Origin: an uncultured Gemmatimonadales bacterium
GTDB taxonomy: Bacteria; Gemmatimonadota; Gemmatimonadetes; Longimicrobiales; Longimicrobiaceae
Direction: 5' to 3'
Assembly (NCBI GenBank): GCA_963716255.1
Contig: OY970303.1
Location: 1,824,001 to 1,888,000 of the forward strand
Length of the DNA: 64,000 bases
This document shows positions 1 through 9,658 of the stretch, in pieces. A program made the translations under genes and the position numbers. Under the pieces are notes generated by a model. That model was not told the origin of the DNA. It worked only from the letters and a program-made list of their open reading frames with translations, and ran no database searches. Position 1 is the stretch's first letter; every line of letters begins with the position of its first letter.

Positions 1-1109
1 CCCCACCCCAGAAAGAGAATCTGGGGGAGCAGATCCAGCCGCCACCCGTCTTCCTGGCGCAGGAACGACCTTTCCGAGTGTCTTGTCGTCCCGGACACCG
101 TCACTTTCATCGTCGCCACGGTGCTGTCCACCCGGACGTCTCCGGATTTCTCGGCGGCGGGCGATTCCGTCCCTGCCCACCCCTCGCTCACGGCGACCTC
201 GAGCAGCTGGCGCGCCGTCATCCCCCGGAGCCGCTCCGGCTTGACGCGGTGCCGCATCGTGAGGACCGTGAGGCGGTCGATCGGCGGCTGCGCCCGCACC
301 GCCCCGGCACTCCCGTACAGGGCGAGCCACTGCATGTCGGCATAGTACTCCAGGGTCGGCGCGGCGACGAGGCGGGCTCCGGCGGCACCGTCCCTGGCGC
401 GCAGCGCGGCGCGGTACGCGTCGAACACCGCCTGGACCGCGGGTGCTTCCGGATCCGTTCTCGCGGGCGCTTTCGGAACCGTTCTCGCGGCCGCTTGCGG
501 ATCCGCGGGCGCTCCCGCTCCGCCGAACCCGACGCCGTGAAACACCAGCGGCACCTTGGCCGCGGCAGGGATCTCCCCCAAGAGGGACCCGATCAGCCGG
601 GCCGATCCTTCGTAAGCCGGCACGCTGATGATCGGCAGGGGCGCCTGGAGCGCCATCGCCGCCTCGTCCCCGTCCAGGGGGAAGGCGGCGCCGGTGAGGA
701 TGTCGCGTCCCGCGTGCCGGAAGTGCCGGAACTGCACCACCATCCCGGTACTGCCGTCGGAGCCCTGGCGCTGCTGGTGGTACACCTCGCTCGGCGAGAT
801 CGGCGCGCTCCGCGCGGCCCGCCACCGGAAGGCCTGTGTGGCGCCGGCGGCGCTGCCCAGCCGGCCCAGGATCCGGTCGACCACCTCGACGCGGTGCCTG
901 TCAGGGGCCAGCGTGGCGACGAAGAGGTAGGTGTTGTTCCGCGGGTCGCGCAGGACGACCAGGGTGGAATCGCTCCGGGAGGGATCCGGAGTGTACCCCG
1001 GGGGAGGAGCGTAGCGCACGCCGTCCAGCACGGCGCTCTGCGCGGAGAGCACCGCGGGCGGGACGAGCAGGGCCATCGCCACAAGGGTGGACAGAAGGGC
1101 TCTTTTCAT
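1..1109 (-). CDS. Secreted hypothetical protein, 3' end beyond window edge
   Basis: Translated by hand from ATG at 1109 (MKRALLSTLVAMALLVPPAVLSAQ..., Sec signal-like). The frame stays open to base 1, so the ORF track misses it. Confidence 0.75.
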   Translation of the reverse strand, partial: MKRALLSTLVAMALLVPPAVLSAQSAVLDGVRYAPPPGYTPDPSRSDSTLVVLRDPRNNTYLFVATLAPDRHRVEVVDRILGRLGSAAGATQAFRWRAARSAPISPSEVYHQQRQGSDGSTGMVVQFRHFRHAGRDILTGAAFPLDGDEAAMALQAPLPIISVPAYEGSARLIGSLLGEIPAAAKVPLVFHGVGFGGAGAPADPQAAARTVPKAPARTDPEAPAVQAVFDAYRAALRARDGAAGARLVAAPTLEYYADMQWLALYGSAGAVRAQPPIDRLTVLTMRHRVKPERLRGMTARQLLEVAVSEGWAGTESPAAEKSGDVRVDSTVATMKVTVSGTTRHSERSFLRQEDGWRLDLLPQILFLGW

Positions 1110-1573
1110 GGCTCCGGGTGTGAAGTGGGGAGTGCGCGGTAGGCGGCAGCCGTCTTCCAGGCCTGCCGCGGCGGCTCGCGCGCCGCTGGTCCTGGCGCAT
1201 GTGTCGGGCAGAGCACTCGACGGGGCCATGGCAATCGCGGTACCCGGAAGCGGGTCCACCCACCACTGGCTCGGCGGCAGGCGTTTGTACGGTTCGTGGC
1301 CGCAGCGGGCCGGGTATCCGGGCCGCTCTCTGGGACGGCGGAGTCCCTCCCCCGGGACACGGACGCCGCACCCTGCGCGCGGCCCGCCGGCACCGGCCCG
1401 TCGATGCCGCGGCCCCGGCGGAGAGGCGCCCTGCACCCGCGAGGCCGACCCCGTTCGGGCGGGGCTCTTCCGGATCGGCCCCGCGGACCCCAGGTTCATG
1501 GCGTCCACCCGCCGGCGAGCGCCGGAGCCACAGCCGCTTTGCCAGGCAGCCGGCACACCATGAGCTGGGAAAC

Positions 1574-2254
1574 GTGATCCGGGCGCTGGTATTCGACTTC
1601 GACGGGCTGGTCTTCGACAGCGAGACGCACGAGTACGCCGTGGTCCGCGACCTCTTCCGGGAGCACGGGGCGGAGCTCCCGCTGGAGGTGTGGGGGCAGT
1701 GCGTGGGCACGCACTCGGGGGCCTTCGACGCGCACGCGTACCTGGAGGCGTGCGTGGGACGCGCGCTGGACCGGGCAGAGATCGCCCGGGTGCGCCGGGA
1801 GCGCTTCGACGCCCGCATCGAGCGGGAGGAGGCGATCGCCGGAGTGGAGGGGTGCCTGGAGGCGGCCCGCGCCATGGGGCTGCGCGTGGGGCTGGCGTCC
1901 AGCTCGCGGCGGGAGTGGGTGGTGGGGCAGCTCGCCCGCCTGGGGCTCCTCCCGTTCTTCGAGGCCGTCCGCACCGCCGACGACGTGGCCCGCGTCAAGC
2001 CGGACCCGGAGCTGTACCTGGCCGTGCTGGACGCGCTGGGCGTCCCGCCCGCGGAGGCGGTTGCCTTCGAGGACTCGCCCAACGGCGCTCTCGCGGCCCG
2101 GCGCGCGGGGATGCGCGTGGTGGTGGTCCCCAACTCCGTGACCGCGGCGCTCGCCTTCGGCGAGCACGACCTGCGGCTGGAGTCGCTGGAGGTGGAGCTG
2201 GCGACGCTGCTCGCGCGCCTGGCGGAAACCGGGGACGCTTCGGCCGATCCCTGA
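1574..2254 (+). CDS. HAD-superfamily hydrolase (subfamily IA, beta-PGM/CbbY-like)
   Basis: GTG start; motif I FDFDG, motif II SSS, KPDP, motif IV FEDSPNG. Confidence 0.9.
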   Translation: MIRALVFDFDGLVFDSETHEYAVVRDLFREHGAELPLEVWGQCVGTHSGAFDAHAYLEACVGRALDRAEIARVRRERFDARIEREEAIAGVEGCLEAARAMGLRVGLASSSRREWVVGQLARLGLLPFFEAVRTADDVARVKPDPELYLAVLDALGVPPAEAVAFEDSPNGALAARRAGMRVVVVPNSVTAALAFGEHDLRLESLEVELATLLARLAETGDASADP

Positions 2255-2313
2255 CCGGCCGTCCCATCGTCCGGCTCCGACCTTATCCTTTCCGATCTCA
2301 ACCGGAGGTGTCC

Positions 2314-3750
2314 GTGAGCGCTGTGCATCGCCTGGCCGGTCTCGCCCTGCTCCCCCTCGCCGCGGCGTGCGCGGCGTCCGCCCCCGCGTCCGGCGGCGCC
2401 CCGCCGGCCGCGCCGCTCCCGGCGGCGGCGCCCGCCCCGGCGCCGCTCGCGGCCGGAGTGTCGCCCCGCGACGAAGACGCGCGCATCCGCGAGATCGTGG
2501 CGGCGTCCTCGGCCGCGCGGGTGGAGCGCGACATCCGCACGCTGGTGGGCTTCGGGACGCGGCACACGCTCTCGGACACGACCTCGCGCACGCGGGGGAT
2601 CGGCGCGGCGCGGCGCTGGATCTACGACGAGTTCCAGCGCATCTCGCAGTCGTGCGGGGGGTGCCTGGAGGTGTCGTACCAGTCGGACGTGGTGAAGGCG
2701 GGCACGCACCCGCGCATCCCCGGCGACGTCAAGGTGGTGAACGTGGTGGCGGTCCTGCGCGGGCAGCGGGAGCCCAACCGCTACGTGGTGATGAGCGGCG
2801 ACATCGACTCGCGGGTCACGGACGTGCTCAACGCGGTCGCGGAGTCGCCGGGCGCCAACGACAACGCCTCGGGGATCGCGGGGACGCTGGAGGCGGCGCG
2901 CCTGCTCTCGCGCTACCGGTTCGACGGTTCCATCGTCTTCGCGGCGCTCTCGGGCGAGGAGCAGGGGCTCTTCGGCGGGGCGGGGCTGGCGGCGTACGCG
3001 AAGCAGCAGGGATGGCGGATCACGGGCGTGATCAACAACGACATGATCGGCAACACACAGGGGATCACCGGGGTGACGGACAACACCACGGCACGCGTGT
3101 TCGCCCCGGGGATCCCGCCCACCGCGACGCGCGCGGAGCTGCAGCGCATCCTCACCACCGGCGGGGAGCTGGACACGCCGTCGCGGCAGCTGGCGCGCTA
3201 CATCGACCGGGTGGCGGACACCTACTTCCCCAGCCTGGACGTGTTGATGATCTACCGCCTGGACCGTTTCGGGCGGGGCGGGCACCACACGCCGTTCTTC
3301 AACGAGGGGTTCCCGGCGGTGCGGCTGATGGAGACGAACGAGAACTACGACCGCCAGCACCAGGACCTGCGGGTGGAGAACGGGGTCCGCTACGGCGACG
3401 TGATCGAGGGGGTGGACTTTCCCTACGCGGCCAAGATGACGGCGCTCAACGCGGCGGTGCTGGCGTCGCTCGCCTGGGCACCCTCCGCGCCGGACAGCGT
3501 CACCATCGCGGGCGCCGTGCAGCCCTCCACGCGGCTCCGCTGGCAGCCCGTGGCCGCGCCGGACCTGGCGGGCTACCGCGTGTACTGGCGCGAGCCCACG
3601 GAGGCGCAGTGGACGCGATCCCGCTGGGTGGGGAACGTCACGGAGGTCACGCTGGAGAACGTGATCATCGACAACTACTTCTTCGGCGTGGCGGCGGTGG
3701 ACCGCGAGGGGCACGAGAGCCTGGTGGTGTTCCCGATGCCGGGGAGGTAG
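2314..3750 (+). CDS. M28 family metallopeptidase, probable lipoprotein with C-terminal FN3-like domain
   Basis: GGAGG then GTG 2314; lipobox-like LAAAC; motifs GDIDS, GANDNASG, SGEEQG, NNDMIG; C-terminal LRW...GYRVYW...YFFGVAAVD. Confidence 0.85.
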   Translation: MSAVHRLAGLALLPLAAACAASAPASGGAPPAAPLPAAAPAPAPLAAGVSPRDEDARIREIVAASSAARVERDIRTLVGFGTRHTLSDTTSRTRGIGAARRWIYDEFQRISQSCGGCLEVSYQSDVVKAGTHPRIPGDVKVVNVVAVLRGQREPNRYVVMSGDIDSRVTDVLNAVAESPGANDNASGIAGTLEAARLLSRYRFDGSIVFAALSGEEQGLFGGAGLAAYAKQQGWRITGVINNDMIGNTQGITGVTDNTTARVFAPGIPPTATRAELQRILTTGGELDTPSRQLARYIDRVADTYFPSLDVLMIYRLDRFGRGGHHTPFFNEGFPAVRLMETNENYDRQHQDLRVENGVRYGDVIEGVDFPYAAKMTALNAAVLASLAWAPSAPDSVTIAGAVQPSTRLRWQPVAAPDLAGYRVYWREPTEAQWTRSRWVGNVTEVTLENVIIDNYFFGVAAVDREGHESLVVFPMPGR

Positions 3751-3946
3751 CGCGGAAGTACGGAAGTGCGTGAGTGCGGAAGTTGAACGGCGGTGCGGAG
3801 TACGAAACAGCGGGCGGCGGAATGCGGGGCGAAGGGGGAGCGGCTAACTCATTCGGGTGCATCGGGCTGAACGACACGCTGGGAACAGGCTGCGGCCTTG
3901 CCTTCTGTTTGGCAAGCCGTAGCGGGCGCCGGGTGGGCGAAACGAT

Positions 3947-3979
3947 CGAGGGGGCGCGGATTCGGTCCGCGCCCCCTCG
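3947..3979. terminator. GC-rich hairpin between convergent genes
   Basis: cgagggggcgcgga-ttcgg-tccgcgccccctcg, perfect 14-bp stem; no U-tract. Confidence 0.4.
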
Positions 3980-4010
3980 CGTCTCGTGCCCGCCGGCAGG
4001 GCCGGCGCCC

Positions 4011-4781
4011 CTACGGCAGCCCCCAGGCCAGCCGCCTGGCCGCGTACTCGGCGCGGGGGAGCTGCACCAGCACCGGAGCCGCGTCCGGATCCAGCCAGCG
4101 GAGCAATTCGGTGATGGCGGCCTCCGTCATGGCCGTGCAGCCGGCGGTCCCCTGCCCCGGGCCCTTCCAGACGTGCAGGAAGATGCAGGAGCCGTCGCCC
4201 GGGCGGGTCTGGCCGCCCCAGTTGTGTTCCACGATGGCTCCCAGCCGGTACTGGCCGTCCGAAAGGAGCATCCGCTCCACGATGCCGCTCCAGTCCTTCC
4301 GCACCCCGGCGCTGTCCACCACCTGGTTGTAGTACGCGGACTTCACGTCGTCCACGCAGCGGAAACTGCCGGTGGAGTGGATGTACGGCATGCGGATCCA
4401 GCGCACGCTGCTCGCCGTCGCATATCCAAACGTTGAGCCGATCCGGAACACCCCCGCGGGCGCGCGCCCGTCCCCCTCGCGCTTGACGGGATCGCCAGCG
4501 GCCGGGGTGGCCGCGTGCAGCCCCCGCCCCCACCCCAGGCCGCTGCGCCCCACCACCACCGCGACCGGCCCGCCCACCTGGCGCCAGGCGCCGCCGGGCG
4601 CGGCGCGCTCGAAGCGCAGGAGCGTCCCCGGAACGGTGTCCCACCCCTCGGTGGTCACCACCAGGAGCTGCCGCGCCCCGTTCACGGGAGGCGCCTGCGC
4701 CGCGGCCTGCGCGCGCGCGGCGGACGGGGCGCCCGGCAGCGAGGCGAGCGCGAGCAGGGCCAGCAGGACAAGGGTTCGCAT
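4011..4781 (-). CDS. YkuD-like L,D-transpeptidase/carboxypeptidase family protein, secreted
   Basis: Signal peptide; KREGDGRAPAG; catalytic His/Cys motif SCIFLHVW...TAGC. Confidence 0.85.
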   Translation of the reverse strand: MRTLVLLALLALASLPGAPSAARAQAAAQAPPVNGARQLLVVTTEGWDTVPGTLLRFERAAPGGAWRQVGGPVAVVVGRSGLGWGRGLHAATPAAGDPVKREGDGRAPAGVFRIGSTFGYATASSVRWIRMPYIHSTGSFRCVDDVKSAYYNQVVDSAGVRKDWSGIVERMLLSDGQYRLGAIVEHNWGGQTRPGDGSCIFLHVWKGPGQGTAGCTAMTEAAITELLRWLDPDAAPVLVQLPRAEYAARRLAWGLP

Positions 4782-4841
4782 GGGTCCGGGTGGAGCGTCG
4801 AGGAAGCGTCAGGGGCGTGCGGCGGGGGCGGCGCGGCGCCC

Positions 4842-5441
4842 CTACTTCTCGCGCTTCATCTCGCGGGCGGCGCGGCGCAGCGCCAGCAGGACGTCGTCGC
4901 CGTAGGCGATGGCCTTGCCGATGCGGATCTCCGCCGCGCTGGGGATGGCGTCCTCCAGCTGCTCCAGCGCGCGCCAGATCATCCCGGCCCGCCCCTCGCC
5001 CCGCGTGCGGGGGTTCGCGGCGGCCCTGCGGCGCGCGACGCGCGTCTCCGCCAGCCACTCCTGCCCGGCGGTGGTGACGTAAACCCACCCGTCGCGCTGC
5101 GAGAGCAATCCGCGCTCCAGGAGCGGGCGCGTCACGCGGCCGTCCAGGTGGTCGGCGAGCGCCGGGGAGCCGCGGCGCGCCAGCGACCAGATCAGGTCCT
5201 GCTGCGCGTCGCTGAGCGCGGAGGACTCCTCCTCCAGCACGGCCTCCCCCGGCGACACCCTGAGCATCACCCGCGCGGCGGCGGTGGGGATCACGTGCCC
5301 GCCCCGCACCACGACCAGCTTGAGCGCGCGCAGGGGGCGGAGGACGCGGCCGTCCACTTCGTCCGCGGCGACGGGCTTGCCGGCGGCGAGCAGCTCGCGG
5401 AGAAGCTGCTCCTGGTGGGGCTTGAGCGTGGGATTCGGCAT
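4842..5441 (-). CDS. Hypothetical protein with two internal winged-helix-like repeats
   Basis: ATG 5441 (MPNPTLKPHQ); two ~55-aa repeats sharing DGRVxRPL. Confidence 0.65.
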   Translation of the reverse strand: MPNPTLKPHQEQLLRELLAAGKPVAADEVDGRVLRPLRALKLVVVRGGHVIPTAAARVMLRVSPGEAVLEEESSALSDAQQDLIWSLARRGSPALADHLDGRVTRPLLERGLLSQRDGWVYVTTAGQEWLAETRVARRRAAANPRTRGEGRAGMIWRALEQLEDAIPSAAEIRIGKAIAYGDDVLLALRRAAREMKREK

Positions 5442-5643
5442 GGATGCGGAAACAGGGAAATCGCGGCGACGCGCAAAGTTGGCGATTGCTACCCCAGGCG
5501 CGCAAGACGGTTCGTCCTCCGATCCGGGAGAATCCTTCCCGGCCGGGCGTGCCGCGCATGCTCGCACATGCCGCCGCGCGTCATGGACGCTTCCCACATG
5601 CACCCGGCGGCCGGGACTTGCCCCCGTGGGGGCAAGCTACGCG

Positions 5644-6789
5644 CTACTCCTGCACCACGGGCGCGATGCGGTCCCGGTCGGTGTCGATGGTGCGCTCCAC
5701 CCACAGCACCTGCACCACCGTCCAGAAGAAGATCACCAGCGGCAGCGCCAGGAAGATCCCCAGGAACCCGAAGAGCCCGCCGAACAGGAGCAGCGCGAAC
5801 AGCGTGACGAACGGGTGCACCTCGGCCTCGCGGGACATGGCCCAGGGGGTGATGACGTTGGCCTCGATCTGCTGGATGGCGAGCGCCGCGACGGCGACCC
5901 AGGCGCCCTTGACCGGGTCGGCGATGAAGGCCACCATCGTGGCCGCGGTGCCGCCGATCCAGGGGCCGAAGATGGGGATGAACTCCACCAGCCCGTTGAG
6001 AAGCCCCAGCGCCAGCGCGTTGGGAACCCCGATGAGGTAGAAGGCCACCGTGCTCAGCGCGCCCACCGCCAGCATGGCGATCCCCGTCCCCTTGAGCCAC
6101 CCCACCAGGCGCTTCCCCAGCAGGTCGAGAATGCGGTAGACGGCCGGCCGGGCGCCGCGGGGGACGGCGCGCAGCAGGGGCGTCAGCAGCCGCTGGTTGG
6201 GCGACGCCAGCGCGTACAGCCCGCCGAAGAGCACGATCAGCACGAGCAGGATCACCTCCAGCAGCCCGGCGGCGCGGCCCAGCACCGCGCCGCCGCTCAG
6301 CTGGGGGAGGGCGCGCTGCGCACCGCCCCCGCCACCGCCGGGCACCCCGAGCGGGAGGCGGATCCCGGTCTGCTGGTAGACCCACTCCGCCCACTGCTTC
6401 AGCTGCGCCTGCATGCGCGGCAGGTCGCCCGCCAGGTCGCGGAACTGCGCCACCACCGCCGGCGCGCCGAACCAGAGGAGGCCGACCACCCCGGCGAGGA
6501 ACGCGACGCCCGTGATCGCCGCCACCCACTTGCGGTTCAGCGGGAGCCGGGAGGTCGCCGCGTTCAGCGCCACCGCGAGGATCGCCGCGGCGTAGGCGAG
6601 GAGCAGGGTCTCGGCGATGGTGCCGAAGAAGTGGAACAGCAGCGCGAGCAGAAAGGCGAGCCACACCGCCCGGTACAGGTGCCCCGGGCGGAGCAGGACC
6701 GCGCCCCCGGGCGGGGGCGGCGCGGCCACCACGCCGGCCGGGGGCGCGATGGGATCCGCGGCTGCGCGCTGCTCGGGGGTGTCGGCCAT
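5644..6789 (-). CDS. AI-2E family (PerM/YhhT/UPF0118) transporter
   Basis: ATG 6789; multiple TM segments; motifs LVEFIPIFGP, QQIEANVITP, VHP, GGLFGFLG. Confidence 0.9.
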   Translation of the reverse strand: MADTPEQRAAADPIAPPAGVVAAPPPPGGAVLLRPGHLYRAVWLAFLLALLFHFFGTIAETLLLAYAAAILAVALNAATSRLPLNRKWVAAITGVAFLAGVVGLLWFGAPAVVAQFRDLAGDLPRMQAQLKQWAEWVYQQTGIRLPLGVPGGGGGGAQRALPQLSGGAVLGRAAGLLEVILLVLIVLFGGLYALASPNQRLLTPLLRAVPRGARPAVYRILDLLGKRLVGWLKGTGIAMLAVGALSTVAFYLIGVPNALALGLLNGLVEFIPIFGPWIGGTAATMVAFIADPVKGAWVAVAALAIQQIEANVITPWAMSREAEVHPFVTLFALLLFGGLFGFLGIFLALPLVIFFWTVVQVLWVERTIDTDRDRIAPVVQE

Positions 6790-6833
6790 GGGCTCGCTCG
6801 GTCCGGGAGAGGGAAGCGTCGGGCGCCTCAGGG

Positions 6834-6849
6834 GGCAAGTCCCGCACCA
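6834..6849 (-). promoter_or_regulatory. Candidate sigma-54 -24/-12 promoter
   Basis: Minus strand reads TGGTGCGGGACTTGCC (GG-N10-GC), about 45 nt upstream of the AI-2E start. Confidence 0.4.
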
Positions 6850-6922
6850 GCCGCCAGCGCCGGGAAACGGCGAGGGGCCCACCCGCGGCGGGTGGACCCC
6901 TGGCATCGTGGCGCCGCGGCGG

Positions 6923-7309
6923 TCACCCCCGCGGCTCGCCCAGGACGCGCGCGACCTCGCGGGCGACCACCCGCGGGTCGACCGGCTTGGCGAGAATCCC
7001 CTGCGCCCCCACCGTGGCCGCCATCTGCGCCATGTCGCCCGCCACGGAGGCGGTGAAGAAGAGCACGGGGACCGCGGCGGTGCGCGGGTCCGCCCGGAGG
7101 GCCCGGCACACCGAGAAGCCGTCCATGCGCGGCATGGCGACGTCCAGGAGGACCAGGTCGGGCGGAGCCTCCGCGGCGGACGTGAGGGCGGCGGCACCGT
7201 CCGGTGCTTCCCGCACCTCGTATCCAAGGTGGGTCAGCATGGCGCGCTGGATGGTGCGCTCGTCCGGCTGGTCGTCCACGACGAGGATGGTCCGGCGCCC
7301 CTCACCCAC
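6923..7309 (-). CDS. Single-domain response regulator (CheY-like)
   Basis: ILVVDD, LLDVAMP (phospho-Asp), FFTA, LAKP. Confidence 0.9.
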   Translation of the reverse strand: MGEGRRTILVVDDQPDERTIQRAMLTHLGYEVREAPDGAAALTSAAEAPPDLVLLDVAMPRMDGFSVCRALRADPRTAAVPVLFFTASVAGDMAQMAATVGAQGILAKPVDPRVVAREVARVLGEPRG

Positions 7310-7326
7310 GGGGGCGCCGCGGCCGA

Positions 7327-7674
7327 CTAGTCGTCGTCGTCATCCTCGTCGAAGCCCTCGAAGCCGCCGCCCTCCTCCTCGATGAGCTCGGTGAGCTGGG
7401 CGCCCCACGAGCTTTCCATCAGGCGGCGGACGCGGGGGAAGCGCTGGATCACCTCGGCCATCTCCGGCGTCACGAACAGCTCGGTGACGTCCTTGCGCTC
7501 GTAGCTCCCACCCTCGTCCTCGAGGAACGTCTTCAGCTCCTCGATGAGGTCCTGGAGGTCGCTCAGCAGCTCGCTCGGAAAGTGACCCGCGTCCAGCGCC
7601 ACGGCGGATTCCACCCAATCGTGGACCTGCGCGACGAGCGCGTCGAAGCGCTCGTCAGCCTGTGCGCTCTTCAT
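7327..7674 (-). CDS. Acidic hypothetical protein
   Basis: ATG 7674 (MKSAQADERF) after AAGGGG; GC3-rich codons; Asp/Glu-rich tail. Confidence 0.7.
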   Translation of the reverse strand: MKSAQADERFDALVAQVHDWVESAVALDAGHFPSELLSDLQDLIEELKTFLEDEGGSYERKDVTELFVTPEMAEVIQRFPRVRRLMESSWGAQLTELIEEEGGGFEGFDEDDDDD

Positions 7675-7753
7675 CCCCTTCTGTCTCCTGATGCACGTGA
7701 TCTCCTGGGCCGCGTTCGCGGGCCCGGGGAGTGTGGGCGGCACGCGGCCAAAG

Positions 7754-7769
7754 CGCAACCCCCGTGCCC
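7754..7769 (-). promoter_or_regulatory. Candidate sigma-54 -24/-12 promoter
   Basis: Minus strand reads GGGCACGGGGGTTGCG, about 80 nt upstream of ATG 7674. Confidence 0.4.
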
Positions 7770-8048
7770 CGCGCGGCGGACGACCCGATACGGGTCCCAC
7801 ACCTGGTGTCCGCTTCTGGGACGCCGATTCCCACAGACGGGCAAAGCAGCCCCTGCACACCCATGGCGATGCCGACACAAACCACCCGACGACAGATACT
7901 TGCGTGATTCGACCACCGGGCACGGTACTTGTCCTAGCAGAGGAGCGACCGCCGGCTCGCCGAGCGGGGCGCCCGCCCCGCCATGCAGGGGCCGCCGGCG
8001 CCCGGACCCACCCGACCTTTCGACCACGCCACGCCCGGAGAACGGACG

Positions 8049-8315
8049 ATGCCGGACTTCAACGTCGACCTGACCGCCCTCGCCGCCATCTGGATGGGCG
8101 GCTCCGTTCTCCTGGTGCCGCTGGCGGGGATCACCGCCCGCTACGGGATCCGCCCGCTGCTGGACTCAGTGGCCCGCGTCCGCGCTTCCGGCGCCCGCGG
8201 CGACGCCGACGCGCTGGAAAGCCGCTTCGCGGCGATGGAGCGCGGGCTGGACGAGCTGGCGCAGGCGGTGGACCGGCTCGCGGAGGAGTCGCGCCGCGGG
8301 CGCGCCGCCGCCTGA
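8049..8315 (+). CDS. Small membrane protein (one TM plus coiled coil)
   Basis: GGAG then ATG 8049; hydrophobic N-terminus, heptad-like C-terminus. Confidence 0.65.
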   Translation: MPDFNVDLTALAAIWMGGSVLLVPLAGITARYGIRPLLDSVARVRASGARGDADALESRFAAMERGLDELAQAVDRLAEESRRGRAAA

Positions 8316-8373
8316 GCCGGGCCCCGCACGAACCTTTTTCAACTTCAGTTCATAGATAGCAGGAGACATCGCC

Positions 8374-9621
8374 TTGGACGTTCCGCGCAAATCGACCCGC
8401 AAGCGCCGCCGCTGGATCTACGGTGGTGTCGGCGTTGCGGCGCTGGTGCTGGTCACGCTCGCGCTTTCCAACCTGAAGCCCGCCGCCCCCTCGGTGGAAG
8501 GGGGCACGCTCTGGACCGACACCGTGCGCAAGGGGGACATGCTCCGCCAGGTCCGCGGGCCCGGGACCCTGGCCGCCGAGGAGGTGCGCTGGGTGTCGGC
8601 GGTGACGCAGGGACGGGTGGAAAGGAAGCTGATCCAGCCGGGGACCGCCGTGACGGCCGGCACCGTGATCCTGGAGCTGAGCAACCCGGACGTTGACCGG
8701 CAGGCGCTGGAGGCGCAGCGGCAGATGGTGGCCGCCCAGTCGGAGCTCGCCAACCTGCGGGCCACCCTGCAGAACCAGGTCCTCTCGCTGGAGGCCACCA
8801 TCGCCACGGTCAACGCGGAATACCGCGAGGCGCTGCGGCAGGCGGAGGTGAACGAGGGGCTGTCCTCGCGCGGGCTGGCCGCTCCCATGGACGTCGCCAA
8901 GGCGCGCGACCGCGGCGCGGAGCTGCAGACGCGGCTGGAAGTGGAGCGCAAGCGCCTGGGCTTCCTGCGCGAGTCCACCAAGACGCAGGTGGCCGCGCAG
9001 CAGGCGCAGGTGGAGATGCTTCGCGGGATCGTGGCGTTCCACCGGGGGCAGGTGACTTCCATGCAGGTGCGCGCGGGAACGGACGGCGTGCTCCAGGACC
9101 TGCCGGTGGAGATGGGCCAGTGGGTGAACTCGGGCGCGACGCTCGCCCGGGTGGTGCAGCCGGGCCGGCTCAAGGCGGTGCTGCGCATTCCCGAGACGCA
9201 GGTGCGCGACGTCACGGTGGGCCAGCCGGCTTCCATCGACACCCGGAACGGGATCGTCAAGGGGCGGGTGGTCCGCATCGACCCGGCGGCGCAGAACGGC
9301 ACGGTGACGGTGGACGTGGCGCTGGAGGGGGCGCTCCCCCGCGGCGCGCGGCCCGACCTGAGCGTGGACGGGACCGTGGACATCGAGCACCTGAGGAACG
9401 TGATGTACGTGGGGCGCCCGGCGTACGGGCAGCCGGAAAGCACCGTCGGCCTCTTCAAGCTGGTGGAAGGCGGCAAGGAGGCGGTGCGGGTGAACGTCCG
9501 GCTGGGACGCGGGTCCGCCAGCACCATCGAAGTGCAGGGCGGGCTCCAACCCGGAGACGTGGTGATCCTGTCCGACATGTCGCAGTGGGACTCGGCCGAC
9601 CGGGTCCGCCTCAACAAGTAG
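8374..9621 (+). CDS. Periplasmic adaptor subunit (HlyD/MacA-like membrane fusion protein)
   Basis: AGGAG then TTG; N-terminal TM anchor, barrel-sandwich hybrid halves around a long coiled coil, GLQPGDVVI. Confidence 0.9.
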   Translation: MDVPRKSTRKRRRWIYGGVGVAALVLVTLALSNLKPAAPSVEGGTLWTDTVRKGDMLRQVRGPGTLAAEEVRWVSAVTQGRVERKLIQPGTAVTAGTVILELSNPDVDRQALEAQRQMVAAQSELANLRATLQNQVLSLEATIATVNAEYREALRQAEVNEGLSSRGLAAPMDVAKARDRGAELQTRLEVERKRLGFLRESTKTQVAAQQAQVEMLRGIVAFHRGQVTSMQVRAGTDGVLQDLPVEMGQWVNSGATLARVVQPGRLKAVLRIPETQVRDVTVGQPASIDTRNGIVKGRVVRIDPAAQNGTVTVDVALEGALPRGARPDLSVDGTVDIEHLRNVMYVGRPAYGQPESTVGLFKLVEGGKEAVRVNVRLGRGSASTIEVQGGLQPGDVVILSDMSQWDSADRVRLNK

Positions 9622-9658
9622 CCCTCCCAACTCCCTCCCAACCCGAGGAGATCGACCC

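Noticed and set aside
455..510. 24-bp imperfect tandem repeat
   Set aside because: In frame within the 1-1109 gene; encodes an ordinary Pro/Ala linker.
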